Origin: Eledone cirrhosa
Taxonomy: Eukaryota
Assembly: GCA_964016885.1 (NCBI GenBank)
Contig: OZ024741.1
Location: 185,814,001 to 185,878,000 of the forward strand
Direction: 5' to 3'
DNA length: 64,000 nt
Shown here: piece by piece, positions 25,701 through 40,940 of the stretch
Layout of the letters: every line of letters starts with the position of its first letter
Numbering within the stretch: position 1 is the stretch's first letter
Program-made: the position numbers and the translations under genes
Notes under the pieces: generated by a model
Seen by the model: only the letters and a program-made list of their open reading frames with translations
The model's database searches: none
Told to the model about the DNA's origin: nothing

Positions 25701-25767
25701 ATGTCTAGTGTAACAATATATATATATATCGTTTCACTAGACATGTTATATATATATACGATATATT

Positions 25768-25830
<63 letters not shown>

Positions 25831-25925
25831 ATATATATGTGTATATATATGTATATATATAGAGAGAGAAAGAGTGAGAAAGAGACTTGGTGTTATATAA
25901 CCTATTGCCTCGCCTTTGGAGACAG

Positions 25926-26058
25926 AATTGTTTCTACTTTTGGCACAAAGCCATCAAATACCCAGTACATTACTGGTACTTTATTTTATCGACTCCGTAA
26001 GGATGAAAGGCAAAGTTAACCTCGGCGGGATTTGAACTCAGACCGTAAAGGAGACATA
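25926..26058 (-). mobile_element. SINE family A, 5'-truncated
   Basis: Reverse-complement 3' two-thirds of family A. Confidence 0.8.
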
Positions 26059-26335
26059 ATGTATTATAACTTGTTAGAAGAATTCTAACTCCTCTAAAGA
26101 ATATGGCGGTTCTTGAGTTATTGGTAATTCCATTCCAATGATGTCGTCCTACTCATGAAACCATGTTAGGGAGATCTATATATAAGTGAAATATTTTTCC
26201 GTCTGGCTTCTTAATACTCCCGTAGAGTTTTTTCTCATTTAATTATAATATATAATATTGCATCTCTGAGAGATTTCTTTAACTCAGATGTTTTGGTCTT
26301 AGTGTCTAATTAACTTTTAATTAGCACATATATAA

Positions 26336-26669
<334 letters not shown>

Positions 26670-26880
26670 GAAGGCGTGTGGCTGAGTGGTTAATGTATTG
26701 GATTTACAATCTTGAGATTGTGAGTTCGATTCCTGGACAGGGCAATGCATTATGTACTGGAGCAAGACACGTTGTTCCTTCTACCTGGAATTTCGACCGA
26801 TAGATAGTATGAGCAACTGGAAAGACCGGCGAAAACATTGTTTCCTCGGTCTGATTTGACGAAAGTCGCTCGATCCTTTT
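26670..26880 (+). mobile_element. tRNA-derived SINE family B
   Basis: GGCGTGTGGCTGAGTGGTT A-box, GAGTTCGATTCC B-box, GAGCAAGACAC central domain; second copy at 42935-43155. Confidence 0.8.
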
Positions 26881-27179
26881 TCTATATATATAAAGAGAGG
26901 GAGAGAGAGAGAGAGAGAGGAAAAAAGAGAGAGAAGGTTTAAGGAATATATAAATAGCCTGTAGCTAATAATTACAAAGAAGGATATATATATAAAACAG
27001 GAAACACAAGAAAATGAAAAACTCAAACATCCCACACACACACAAACAAACGAAATCGCAGACGCTAGACTCACAACAAACAGAGACAGATCCACAACAA
27101 CACAAACAACACCATCACCGCCACAATCAACAAAAGACAAACAAGTGAAACCAGAGGAACAACAAACCAAACAAAATTC

Positions 27180-30100
27180 GTGCTAATAAGAAGAGGTAAC
27201 AAGGAATTGATGTCCCTCATAGCAGGAAGCCAACAAATCGAGAAGGTGGGGTAAATATTTGGCATGAGCATATTATGCGTACAAGAGGATTTATTACTGG
27301 TAGGAATGACATTCGATACATACAAAGGCATTAGGGAGAGTTTTCCTCGTGAGGTGTGAACCCCGTATATTAGGCCAAACCACAGACGGCTTAAGAGGTT
27401 CTCAAGTATTGAGGCGAAACCAGCCGACCTTCACAAACCCCTGGAAGTTAAGTGAATATTTCCTCTCTTAATTAACCAGCCAACATGGTCATCTTAACAG
27501 TGAGAAATCTAAATGTTCGTGGCCTGGGATCGTCCTGGAAGATGGATCTCTTGCTTAACGATCTCAGGTCACTATATATGAACGTGAGTGACGTCAACCA
27601 AACTAGGATTTCCGACACACGCGCACTAGACGCCATTTTCGACGACTATCAGATCTTCGCATCACTTAGTCAGCCGGGAATGGAAGGTGGGGTGACAGTG
27701 CTGATAGGGAAGGCCTAGATCTCAAGGTAAAGTAGATCTTCGTGATCCCGGACCGTAGCTGGAGGTCCTGGACGTTAGCAATAGCCAAGGTGGCACCTTT
27801 AGACTGGTGGCTGTCAATGCCGGACAGGGCCGTCAGGGCCGGACGACCGGATGTTTTTAGACGCCTGGAAATATTTCTGGGAATATCTCGCCCTTTACTG
27901 ATAGAGGGGGACCGGAACGGCATCTTAGACGCACTCTGAGATTGCGTGGGGGTAGCTGATAGGAGCGGGGAGGTGGGGGTGCAAAGCCTTAAGTACCTGA
28001 TCAGCCAGTTCCAACTGTCTGACATCTACCAACTAGATTTCCCTAGTGCGCCAATGTGGACCTCGACTAACTCGATAGGTTCATTTTGATCTTATACAGA
28101 TATGTTTTATTTTTAGTTCAGTAAATAAGAATAGCATAGGTTGTCTACATTTTCATTTTCATATTCACATCACAAATTGGTGATTTGCATGGAACTAGAT
28201 AGGACCCGCAGGTTACTGGAAGCTGAACATGTCGTTCCAGGCACGTAAAGCTGACAGGGAATGGGTCATATATTTAGTTAAGTTTATCTTGACAAGAAGG
28301 AGATCGTCAACAACAGGTGGTGGCGGGTAGCTCTGAAGAGAGCAATTACAATAATGGTAATAGGATTAGGTTAAGAAGTAGCGCTAGAAAACAATAGAAA
28401 AGAGGAGATGGTAGGTAAATTAAACGAGGCATTGTGACTGACGCTCTTGCGGCAAGAATGGCTTTAGACCATTTCTTCAATAAGAAACACTAAGATTGCA
28501 TTGTCAGAGCTAAGGCGCTGCTCTAAGAAACGAGGGAACGAAAGCTTTTCGATGGGCCCGTATGGCGGAGGCGTAGCATGATAACAAAACCACGATTCAG
28601 TAATTGACCGACCGAGAAGAACGCATACTAAAATCTTCCAGGCAGATGTGTGCAGCCTTTCACCAGCAATTTGCTCGAATGTTCGGCGATGGCGGGGGTT
28701 CGCTGACGGTGGTGGTCTTAAGTTCCTACCTTGAAGGACTCCCCGGACTCTCCCAAGCCGATATAGACTGCTGCGAAAGTCCAATAACGACAGCTGGGAT
28801 TCAAGATGCCCTGGTTGGTTGCATGAGGTGCAAATGACCCGGTTTTGATGGTCTGCCCTATGAGTTTTACGTAGAAATGCCAGACATGTTCTCCATATCT
28901 CTTCGCAGTGGTCTACTGCTACTGTCAGCAGAACGGGAGCATTCCCACTTCTTAGAGCCGGTGAGTAGTAACTTAGTAACGAGATACTGGAGGTAATTTT
29001 AGGCTCATAACTCTGTTAAACACAGATTATCTGATTCTGGTGACGATGTTAGCAAAGAAGTTGTCGTCGAGCATTTTGTAGAGGGAGGCGGACACTTGCG
29101 CAATCTAGACCAGGTTCGTACTCAACAACCTTTAACTCATTCGATACATCACAGAGTGGGTTGTATGTAAACCTGACTGTAAACTAGATTAATCGAAAGC
29201 TTTCGATACGATTGGCCATGGATAACTAATGGCTATCCTCAGGGCTGCTGGCTTCGGTTCTGTCTTCAGAAGCTGGATCGCAGCAATGCACATTTTTTCG
29301 GTGGTTAAGTTAATGGCCATCTTTTGGAACTGTTTCAGATCTCCAGATCACCTCTCCGAGTGTCCACTCACTCCTCACTTCTGCAAAATATTTACGCTTG
29401 AACCGGGACGTCGGGGGGGGGGGGGGAGGCTGTGTCGGCATATGCAGACAACATCACCGTGATGGTGTTGAATGAATACCTCGAAAATCATGGTGGTCGT
29501 CGCCTTCCTGGAGGAATATGAAAGGTTGACAGGAGCAAAATTGAAGCCGGAAAAGTCTGTGATTTTGCAGCGTGGCATTGTTGAGGCAAATCCATGCCGT
29601 TCAATAGCATCGTCGGACGTTGGACGGAGGCAGCGTTTTAAGTTGCTTGGGCTGTGGTTCGAACCGGCGCTCCAGATGGGTGAGAGCTGTGGTGAAATGA
29701 TGAGCAGGGTGGCCATTCACACCCAGAAATGGACCGACGAGAGAAACGTATCCGGGTGGAAGGAACAGGTTCTATTGGTGAGGTGGTCCATCTGCTGCTA
29801 GCCCCCTCAACGAGAAGGGCTGACCGTGCCGTGGCCGATGATTCCCACCACGCGCTGAGGCAACGGTATCTTTGCACTTCCTAGTTACACACTTCTTAAA
29901 CGGTGAACAGGTGTGTCACCGTTTGTGAGACAGGCCTTTCCGCAGATTGTCTCTTTGACTGAGCTGCAGTCCTGGGTCAAGAAGAGACCGAGACTGAGCA
30001 ACTGGCATCTGAAATGTTGCCAGGTACTCACTACCGACCGCCAGTCGGCCAATGCGTTCAGTGGAAAATCCACTATAGAGGGTTAGTGGTGGGCTAGTGC

Positions 30101-30700
30101 GACGACGCAATTGGAGAGTCTGTGGGAGTCGACGAAATCGAACTAACCAGTCTGTTCCGGAGGAATTTCGAGCCGGGGACTTTAGATTACTTCCAGAAAT
30201 GCCTCGCTAACGGAGGGATCTGCCGCTTCGATACAAATTCTACAGGCACAGATATGCGGTCAGACGGACATGCTCGAAATCCGCGCAGATGAGCGATGAA
30301 ACCGTTCTAAACGCACGGGTACCATGTCCGAGGCATAACTGTCTTATTGATTTCTGTCGAACACCTGTTGCTGCGTGTAGGACGGACCGGTTATCGACTG
30401 AGTCTATAGTGAAGACCACCCACCGCCATTACTTGGCCGGGAAGAGCAGACAGTTTACGTCTGTCTGGCGGCAATATGGAAACAGGTTGAGTGTTGTTGA
30501 TTGAAATAACTGAAGACAGATACTTTTCCCTTCGGCCTATCCTCATCAATTTTTTGAAGTTTCACTCGGAAAGGAATGTGAGGGGGGGGTTGGGAAGTAA
30601 TGCCCCCCCCCCGGTTCATTTCTTCAAAGGCGCGGGAATGTTGCGCGAATGGCCCATGTGAATGCGCCTACTTTGAGCATGCGCATGTAGTTTAGTTGAT
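27180..30700 (+). mobile_element. Tx1-clade LINE, heavily decayed (ORF1 end + ORF2)
   Basis: NLNVRGLGSSWK APE start at 27485; AGRPDVFRRLE; PGFDGLPYEFY; SKAFD; SAYAD; collinear with the 11.5 kb and 21.3 kb copies. Confidence 0.85.
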
Positions 30701-30838
30701 TTGAGGAGGAGAGGGGTACCCTCCATGGATGCACTCGAAACGTCAGGTGGTTCAGTGTTGATGATATCTCTGATTCGCTCCTGGCTGGTTCTATCACTAC
30801 TGGGGAATTTTCATTGTTCAATTTTGTCAATTGATATT

Positions 30839-30942
30839 GAGAGAGATAGAGAAAGATAGATAGATAGATGGAAAGAGAGAGAGTGAAAGAGAGAGATAAA
30901 GAAATGGAGAGAAAGAGAGATAGAGAAAGATAGATAGATAGA

Positions 30943-31029
<87 letters not shown>
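30839..31029. repeat. (GA)n/(GATA)n microsatellite
   Basis: Direct observation. Confidence 0.95.
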
Positions 31030-31031
<2 letters not shown>

Positions 31032-31075
31032 TTGGGACACCGGAGCTTGGAATTAAAAAAAGTTTCAAGAAGGTT

Positions 31076-31253
31076 AATTGTTTCTAATTTTGGCACAAGG
31101 CCAGAAATTACCCCATTGTATTACTGGTACTTTATTTTATCAACACCGTAAGGATGAAAGGCAAAGTTAACCTCGGCGGGATATGAAACCAGACCGTAAA
31201 GGGACATAACTATGCTGGAAAGCATGGCATTCGACTCTCTACCGATAGTGCCA
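31076..31253 (-). mobile_element. SINE family A
   Basis: Reverse-complement family A sequence. Confidence 0.85.
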
Positions 31254-32379
31254 GGTTAATTGCGTGTAGGTGAGGTCCGATATTCTTTGTGCAAGTTGAG
31301 GTGACGAGTCCAGGTGTATCAGGATTGCTGTTACCTCTGTGCAAACAGAATGCGTTTCATGGGTGTGTGTTATTGCTTCTGTGTGTGTGGAAGTGCGCGT
31401 ATGAGTGTCTATGAATAATTTATGTAATGTTTTGTGTGAGCAAGTAATTGGGTGTATGTTTATATATGAGTGTATGTGTGTATATAGATGTGCGTGTATA
31501 TGATTTTTTTTGTATTGCTTGCGTGAGTTTGGGCGTTCACGTTTGTGTGTGTGTGTGTGTGTGTGTGTACCCGTGTGTGTCTGTGAATCCATTTGTGTAT
31601 TTCTGTAAACATAAGTGTGCGTGTGTATGCGCATGTGTCTCTGTGAAATATTTAGATACACCTATGTATACTTGCAGACTCTCACACGTACAAATACTTA
31701 TATATACATATACATACATGTGCACGTGTGTTCATGTTGGTGTGGTTTTTGTCTGATAGTTGGTATTTGAATGGTGTTTTGTAAATATCCTGGTTCGTCC
31801 TGTCGCTAGAGATCGAAGCTGGTCTATTTCAGGAAGTGACCAATTGAGGAAGCTGTCCGTCAGAAGATAGGATGTGTGTGCTGCACCAAGAAATGAAGTG
31901 GTACGTGATGAAGGTGTGGTTTTAATAGTAGGAGGAATCGGATGGCAGGTGTAGTGACAGTGTATTTGTATTGGAAGATAATGTGTGTAGTGTACATATT
32001 TGAATTGGTCGTCTAGTATAGTTGGGTGTGTTAGTATGATTAGTTAATTAATCAATAGCGTTGAGGTCAATGACATGGGTGTATTTGTCTATGATCATAA
32101 TGTTGCGTCAATGTACGCGTGTGGATGGGTGTCTTAGAGGGTGATGAGGGAAGCTCATGCCTGTCGGTTTATGAGTGGTCTGTAATTATAATTGATTAGT
32201 TAATTAGTAACCTTACAAGGAGTAAATGTCTATCACGGTCGTATTGGTGTAACTAATTAATTAGTTGTATTATTGCGTGTGTTTTCGAATCTATATGTGT
32301 TAGTTTGTCTATGTGCACATGTGATTGGGTGTGTTGGAGAAGAAGTAATTCGCAAGTGTTAGTGTGAGATTGAGAGGTG

Positions 32380-33410
32380 GATGAGTCAAGGGAAAGGCTA
32401 GAAGAAGAGGGTGGGCAATTGAAGGTAATTTGCAAATGTGACGAGAACACAGACTTCCGAAAACAGTAGGTGGTGGCTGGAGTGTACGGTGGAGCAGAAA
32501 TGTCGGGCGATCGGAGACTGGTTGCCGAGCTGGATGACGTAGAGATGCTCGTCGAACATGTCGGCTAGTCGTCAACCGGTTTGTCCAATGTAGACGACCT
32601 CGCATAGCGTGCAACGGAGCCTGTAGATAAGACTGGCAGAGACGTTGCGGACAGAATCCCGGACTCGGATATATTGGCCGTTGTTCCCAATGAGGTTTAT
32701 GGTATTGATAATGTGTGACAGAGTTGGGATAGGAAGGGTTGCATACGTGTTTGTATGAGTGTGACAGGAATGGCAACTATTTTGGAGTTGTACGGGTTCG
32801 TTTGGAAGGAGTGAAAGTGCCGGAATATAGTCCTCTGAAAAGGTAAGGTTGAGGAGTGGTACGTAAAAGGGAATGGGAGACTTGTTGCGGTGACGAGGGC
32901 GTTGTGGGAGGGCACTTGTATGGTCGACTTCACAGGCACGGCTGTGAGTGGCATGATCCATGGAGAGGGAGTTAAGCTCACTAGTGAACAGTCTAGCCAT
33001 GTAATGGGCTAGAGCCTCAATCTCATGGGTTCGATGGCATGGGTGATTGTGGCGAAGCAATTGAGAGTAGGTGATGATTATGTTTGGTATGTTTGGTTTG
33101 ATGAGGCAAAATCGAACTAAGATTGGTAGTCGATGGACTTTTGGGAAGGTAAAGGTGATGACAGAACGAGGGGATCTATCCATTGACACGTAGATGTCCT
33201 GGAAGTGGAGGGATGTTATAGAAGCCTCTTGTGCGTTAAAGTTGAGGGCGGAGAGGAAGGAGCAGAGGAAATAGAGAAAATAATGTTCTCAGGTGAGTGA
33301 AAGGGAACAATATAACGGAAGTATATCTCGGGTACGGGGCCAATGCACAGGCCAAATGTTTTAGCCTCAACATAGACGAAATGATAGGCGTCTTTGAAGA
33401 CCATATATAT
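32380..33410 (-). pseudogene. Penelope-like element RT C-terminus + GIY-YIG endonuclease remnant
   Basis: IYFRYI (YxDD-region-like), ITYSQLLR, and SASLIYRLRCTLCEVVYIGQTG (GIY-YIG with CxxC). Confidence 0.82.
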
Positions 33411-33863
33411 ATATATATATATTAATATCTGGAAAAACACCTTGAAGGACAGAAGTATGTCATGGAGCTTCGGCGGTGGCGGCTGAAGCTGCGAGTGCGA
33501 GAACTGAGGGTGAGATGGAACGGTGGAGTGGGTGGGTGAGAGAGTAGACGATATAGGAGAGGAAAAGAATGGGAACTTTTTTTTCTTTCGTCCGTTCTCT
33601 CTCTTCCCATCTTTTATTCTTGTCCCTTCGCGAACATACTGCTCCCACTGTCGCTTCTGCTTGCTGTCACTTCCACCATCTGAGGACTAATAGTGTCCTT
33701 TCTACCGGCGGCGTGGTGTTGACAGGATGCGCTTAGCTGTTTTGTTCTTTACATAACACTGACCACTGATTATAGTATTTTCTTGCCCAACGTACATGTT
33801 GTCATTGACAACATTTGGCTGTTTTGACAGCTATTCTTGCCTTGAGTTCTCAAGTTGTTTCTA

Positions 33864-33897
<34 letters not shown>

Positions 33898-34024
33898 CAA
33901 GCTATTTAAACGTATGTTATTACTCTAAGGCCCCAACTTATCGAGTGCTTTGCTAACTCATCATTTCATATAAGTAGGCCGAATTTACTTGCAAACCGCC
34001 AGAGATTCGATTTTACTATTTTCC

Positions 34025-34072
<48 letters not shown>

Positions 34073-34542
34073 CTTTGTGTGTGTGAGTGTATGTTTATTT
34101 GATTCCTCTCACCAGCACATTCTTTGCTAATGTGGTCTGATGGGAATGATAAATGGCCGTTGCATTTTTTTCTTTCAATTTCCTTTCTCTGTTTTGTCAA
34201 ATGTTATATTGGGTTGATCCCACTTGCTTCTTGTTACTCCTTAGATAGAATGTTTGCTTTCTAAATCCTTGCAACTGTTATGTTGGTGAAACCCTTTCGA
34301 CTGACTATATAACAAATGTAGGAATATAACGTTGTCGAAGTGTATATCGTTGAACTTGACAAGAGGAAAGAGTTCTCGTCAATGGAAATGATATGTCGAT
34401 GTGACCATTTTGTCTACAAGTCTCCAATACAATATTATATGAAAAATTTAAGAACTAATCATATGCATGTATTACAAAGACTATATATTATATATATATT
34501 ACAAAGACTATATATTATATATATATGTACCACTTATTCTTA

Positions 34543-34837
34543 TGGTAGACGCGCTCCATCATCCACTTTTCTAAAAACAATAAATCATACACAAAACGCC
34601 ACCACCAACAGTTTTCCAAGAGATGTCATCATGAATAGACCTGTTATTTTTATCTAAAGACATTTTTTTCCAATTACAGACCACCCATCCCCTCAATCTA
34701 TCTTATTTCTCATTCTTTCTTCTGATGAAGGACTAGCGTCCGAAACGTTAAGAGGCACTTCTTGCTATATCAAGTGTTAACCTAATATATTCCTTCCATA
34801 TACTGTACCGATTGTGTTGTTATTTCTGTTTACCTTT

Positions 34838-34840
<3 letters not shown>
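34543..34840 (+). mobile_element. ~300-bp hammerhead-bearing short element, copy 1
   Basis: Homologous along its length to 45476-45785; ends in (TA)n. Confidence 0.75.
34717..34754 (+). ncRNA. Minimal type I hammerhead ribozyme
   Basis: UUCUU-CUGAUGA-A-GGAC-UAGC-GUCC-GAAA-CG-UU-AAGAG; palindromic ACGU stem III. Confidence 0.78.
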
Positions 34841-34898
<58 letters not shown>

Positions 34899-34915
34899 GT
34901 GTGTATATATATATG

Positions 34916-34950
<35 letters not shown>

Positions 34951-37796
34951 ATGGGTGTGTGTGTGGGTGTATGTTTGTGTGTGTTTGTATGTATGTATGT
35001 ATATATGTGATGAAATGTATGTATGTATGCGCGTGGACATGGTAGTTTTTCTTCTAAGACGTCACCCTAGGAGAAGGAAAACCCTGATGTAAAACCTTTG
35101 ACACTATGGCCGCCAATGCTCTTGAACTGTTTTGTTTTGTCTTTTTTCTTTGACTACAAGTAGTTAGCGATATACCCATTATCTTCTAGTCGATATATTG
35201 ATCTACCATTATCAATCAATGCTCGGAAACGAATGAAAAGAATGAACTAATTAACAACCCATCTCCGACTTTTGTTATAATTCCATTATTCAATACAGAC
35301 ACACACAAACAAACCGATACGCATACTTACATGCATACATAAATACATACATACATACACATTGTACATATCTACATATAATATATACCCAACTAACAGA
35401 GAACGAAGGATAACCTCGGACAGAGATATGAACACACCTCTCTAAATATCTATGTAAAAACTAATAATTTGTCTTCCCCTTTTTATTATTCGTATGCAAC
35501 TTAAATGCATTATGCACATCCAAAGTTGATAAAGCATACAATGCTGAAACCGGTACCACTATTAAGTGCGGAAATATCTACTTTGTAAATAAATGTTTTG
35601 ATATTATACTGAAAAAATCTTTCCAGCATTTTCTACTGAAATTATTTTTCATTTTTACTATTTGTTTATATATATATATATATATATATATAATCGATTT
35701 TTAGAACAAATACATGAAGCGTCGGAAACTTCTGTCGATCAAATATTGTCCAGTACAAATGATAGAAACGAACATTTTCCGATTGTCAGCCATCAGTTCT
35801 GACCGTGAATATCTAAGAATATCACAAATAACAAAGAAAGTTCGTGATTTCGTTTCTTTAAGGGTAGTAAGTGCGAACGCAAAATAGTATAGCTCGGCCT
35901 TTGAGAAAATTATCGCAAGGGCTGTTCAGATAGAATGAAAGCGAATAACGAGGCAAAATAGATTGCTCACTGACTAGTGACGAATAACAGGATGTAGCGT
36001 AATCATTAGTTTGCATGAGACCTTTCTGTAAATTCTGTAGGTTCTACGTTCTGAGCACAAATCCCGCTGTGTTCAATTCGCCAGCTATCCTTCCTAATAA
36101 AGTACTAAGCAGTGGGTGTAGTTCCTGTTTAGTGATATGAAGTGTAAATGCAATACAGATATCGAATGTTGAAAAGATCCAAGTAGAGTAAACCGAAAGA
36201 AATATGATGTAACTACAGCTACATTATACAACCTTTCCCTCCCAATTCAAGAAGCTAGGCTGCTATATCTTAATGGTTCCCTTCCCTCTTTTACTTGATT
36301 TACTGAATTATATTTTTGTACAATATTTTATTTGCAGTATATGTATGAGGTCATACTATGTCGAAAAGGTGTTTATTCGATTATAATAATTTCTGTTGCC
36401 GACTGGTACTCTATTGTACTGATCCCTTATCGAAAACTGCGGTAATTGAACTCAGAATACAAAAAGACATAATTAAATATCGATACATGGCATAAACCAG
36501 AGCCACAAAAGTGGTCGTGAGGTATAGTCGAATATATCGATCACAGTAGTTCGTTTGCATTTTAAGTTATCCACGCCTTTATAATTATAGTTAAAAGTCA
36601 CCACAGCAAGATTTGAACGCAGAACGTAAAAGCCCATAACAATATACCGCACGGCATATCACCCTACGTTCCATCATTCCTGCTACTCTATGATAATATT
36701 ATGCACCAGATCCTCGTTTTGTTGCTACTGCTGCATTTAGCTTGCAGAATTTGTGTCAGTTCTGATTAAACACAATCGATTTCTTCTATCATGACTAAAA
36801 CCCACGAAAAAAACGCAATAACCTCATTTCTACATACATTATAATATGTTACTTAATGGCTTAGTCAGAGACGGAAGGTCAGCGTGCATTGCTTTTTGCA
36901 GAACTTCTGAAACTAATGAAAGGAAGTCGAGGAAGTATCCAAGATGCTTAGAATGTTATTTTTGTTTTGATGTTTTTTTTATTTTTGTAGTTGCTGCTAA
37001 TTCTACAGTTGTTGTATAGCTGCTGTTAAGTGTGATCGGACATATCTATCATCAAAATAATTCCACACCTGAACATCCTGTCAGTTCATACAGTTAATAT
37101 TAGCTTGGTGGTTAGTGAGTTGGTATCACGTCCATGAGCTCATCCACTAGCTGGGATGGTACGTTATATCCGGCAGCTATGCGTTTTAAATTATCAGCAG
37201 TTAGTGTTTAACGTCTTATGAAACCGAAATATATTCCATCTTAATGAGACTCTGATCGACAAGGATTTCCCCATATTCAATTAATACCTTTAAAAAATTA
37301 AGTATATATTTTCCCACTATGTGGGTGGGTGGCTTGCCTCTGAATACTGGGGTTTCTACACATTATAAATTTGATACTATTTTCATGGATGGTTTATCTC
37401 CGGACGCTCTGATATTTATTCATTTGCAAATTAGATGGTAATATTGCAGCTATAGCTTTGATGTGATACTTTAAATAACTATATATATAACAGTATTAAA
37501 GCATATTTTTAAGGAAGGAGATAATCGATTTAGGGTCAGCGTATCAAACGTAAGCTAGACTTTATTTAGTCAAAAAATTATTAATAGCAACATAAAAAAA
37601 GTATAAGATAAATATTGAAAAAGATTTCCTAAAATATTACTATGAATTATGAAATAATGCGAATTTTCAACAATTCAGTGGAAGGTCATTCAAAGTTTCA
37701 TAGGGCTACCGCGACAAAAGTAAATATTGTGATTGACTTAAGCTGTAGCCAATGTATTATACCGCATGCAGTGCAAATTCTTCGCCTCAGACCAAT

Positions 37797-37983
37797 AATT
37801 GTTTCGACTTTAGGCACAAGGCCAGCAATTAACCAGTGCATTACTGGTACTTTATTTTATCGACCCCGTAAGGATGAAAGGCAAAGTCAACCTCGGCGGG
37901 ATTTGAACTCAGATCGTAAAGGGACGTAACTATGCTGGAAAGCATGGCGTCCGACCCTCTACCGATACTGCCAATACACCACC
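37797..37983 (-). mobile_element. SINE family A with TSD
   Basis: Family A sequence; TCAGACCAATAAT on both sides. Confidence 0.9.
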
Positions 37984-39555
37984 TGTCAGACCAATAATGA
38001 AAGGTCAATAATTTCCATTACTTTACAAAGCAGTGTGTTAAGTTTAATTAATACATTTTTCTGGTGTTTGGTATCGTAGAACAGAAGGCCGAATAGTTTG
38101 CGATATATATATTATAATAAGGGATTGTATAGGTGGTAGGGTTAACCCGTCAGCCGTCGAAACACATGTCAATAGACCGTTTTAAAGTTTAATGCAGTCC
38201 ACCTTGTTACAAGCATTGATGTCTTGTGTTAGGCTGGAAGATCATTCCTTCCTTCTTCCCACCAGTTTGGAGGTTCTGTAGAATAAAAATCATGGATACT
38301 GCCATTTCCTTCCTGATTATTCTGTGTAAAATGGACGTAGAGCCTCTATTATTGGTACGCATTGTTTTTCTATGGTTTTAATCAGACTGAATGAACTGGG
38401 TTTACTTATACAGTTGGTGTTTAGCTTGAATAACTACCAATCAACACCTGTTGGTTTTGTTGTAGCTAAGAGAAGGAAAGCAGCCGACGAATATATTGTC
38501 GCAAACAGTTACAAAGAAACGAATTAGTTGCCAAACATGACCGTAAGTATATGTTTCTGATTCCATGTTCGCTGTGGCACAAGTCAAAAAGAGGATAAGG
38601 TATTAAACATGTGCTGATAGAGCAGCTTCTAGCAGTATATCGAATGGGATTGGAATATTATCCTATCATCTGTGAAACCATTCCTAACTAACACCTCGCT
38701 AAGCAGTTACACCACGCATAGAAGATTTCGTTATGAATTGGCAGGTTCAGAGATCATGAAATTCCCCAACCGAAATGTTGGTCAGAATGTCTACAAGAAA
38801 CAAACTGTTTTAAAAAAAACATTCATGGGCAAGAAATAGTATTGAACAAGATGGTGTATTTGGCATACCACCCAATTACTGTCAGACCGGTGGCTTGTCA
38901 GCTTTATATACATATATACATACACACACAAAGGCACACACACATACATACAAATACACATCCTATATACACATATCTATAGTCGACGTTGTTGACGATG
39001 TCTCCAAGTTTTCTACTATCCCAATGTCAGTGGGTGATTAGTATGGAAATTGAGTACCGAGAAAAATCAATCCTGTACCTTCATTTCAAAGTCCCTGTAT
39101 TTACATAAAATATATATTTAGAGGTTTGTATGCCTGTCTGGGTGCAGAGAGATAGTCGGACTGCAGTCGGTCGTGGTCTACGTTCATGTTTTCTCACAAT
39201 GAGTGAAAAGTGAAACATGAGCTCAGAACGAAAAAACTCGGAACATGAAACGCAAGACTTTGTGCCTGACAGACTTACTGCTGTGTCAATCACCGATCTT
39301 GCTTGGTTGCAATTCATTCCTCAAATCTGAAAATTTGAAACGTTGAACTGAGAACATTGTAAAGCGAAAAAAATGGAAGACCTTTTCTCCGATACACTGG
39401 CGACTTTGTCACTTCTTCGCCATAAACGTTACTTATTTCTATTATTAAAGACATACAAATATGTATCGGTTATTACTAGCATATGTAAAGGCAGACCACG
39501 CCGAAACTCTTTCCAGAGCCTCAAATGTTTGTCTCTGTAGCGAGGCTAAATTAAA

Positions 39556-40045
39556 GGTTTCTTATATAGGCACAAGGCCAGTAAATTTGGGGGAGGGGAA
39601 AGTCTATTTAATCGACTACAGTGCGTGACTGGTACTATATTTTATCGACCCTGTAAGGATGAAGGCCAAGCTACCCTCGGCGGGATTTGAACTATAGATT
39701 TTTACGAATCATTGTGCGATAAAATATGATTGATAAGTTTCAGAAAGCTGACCGGGATTTGAACTCAGATCATGAAGGACCATAACGCTATGCTGCAAAG
39801 CATGGTGTCTGATGTTCTACTGATACTGCCAATCCACCGCTCTAGGCTAAAATAATTGTTTTCTACTTTTGGCACAAGGCCAGCAATTCTCCCAGTGCAT
39901 TACTGGTACTTTATTTTACCGACCCCGTAAGGATGAAAGGCAAAGTTAACCTCGGCGGGATTTGAAATCAGACCATAACGGGCCGTAACTCTTTGCTGCA
40001 AAGCATGGCGTCCGACTCTCTACCGATACTGCCAATCCACCGCCC
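39556..40045 (-). mobile_element. Two adjacent SINE family A copies
   Basis: A long variant at about 39556-39841 and a standard copy at about 39855-40045 with TSD CTAGGCTAAAATAAT. Confidence 0.85.
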
Positions 40046-40656
40046 TAGGCTAAAATAATGTTGGGTAAGAAGGGGCGAATAAGAAATAAGCAACATGTTC
40101 CCTGTCAGACAAAGACAGAGAGGCAACAAGACGTTTAGTGTTAAAGCAAAAGGAACAAAAGTAGTATTGTTTTTATTTGTTATTTTATAATTTTAGGTCG
40201 GTAGTGACCGAACACATCTATGTGTATAACTGTAAATAATTCGCCTTTTTCTACAGAGACACATTATTGATCGTGTACTACATACAACGATAGAGCTGTG
40301 TCTGATTTAGAAGGATTTTGATTGATGTTTCTAACAGCTGGTAGAACCTTGTAGAGAGTGCCTTTGACTGACAGAGCAACAGAAGAATCTGAACAAGCCA
40401 TACCAGTAGGCTAAATTCCATTCAGGGGAAAACTTGCAAAGGATATTTTCAACACAGGAACTATTTCTCAACTTTTTCTTTCAGTTTCCTTTATTCTTTA
40501 TCCAATATAGCATATGCTTATCTCATTGCGAAGTCTCCAGCAGTAATACAGTTGTTTGCAGTTATCTCCCTTTTATCTGCTTAGCTGCAGAGAGAATATA
40601 AAGGCGATAACAATGAAATGAATGCAAGAAGCCAGAAGCGACAGATTTGCAATATT

Positions 40657-40940
<284 letters not shown>

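Noticed and set aside
26088-26175. Hammerhead-like CTAAAGA..CAT-GAAA-CCATG-TT-AGGGAG
   Set aside because: G5 is mutated and stem II is weak; at best a decayed copy
35525-35557. Hammerhead-like TTGATAA-AGCAT..ATGCT-GAAA-CCGG-TA
   Set aside because: Stems II and III look right, but the core has two substitutions and stem I is only about 1 bp
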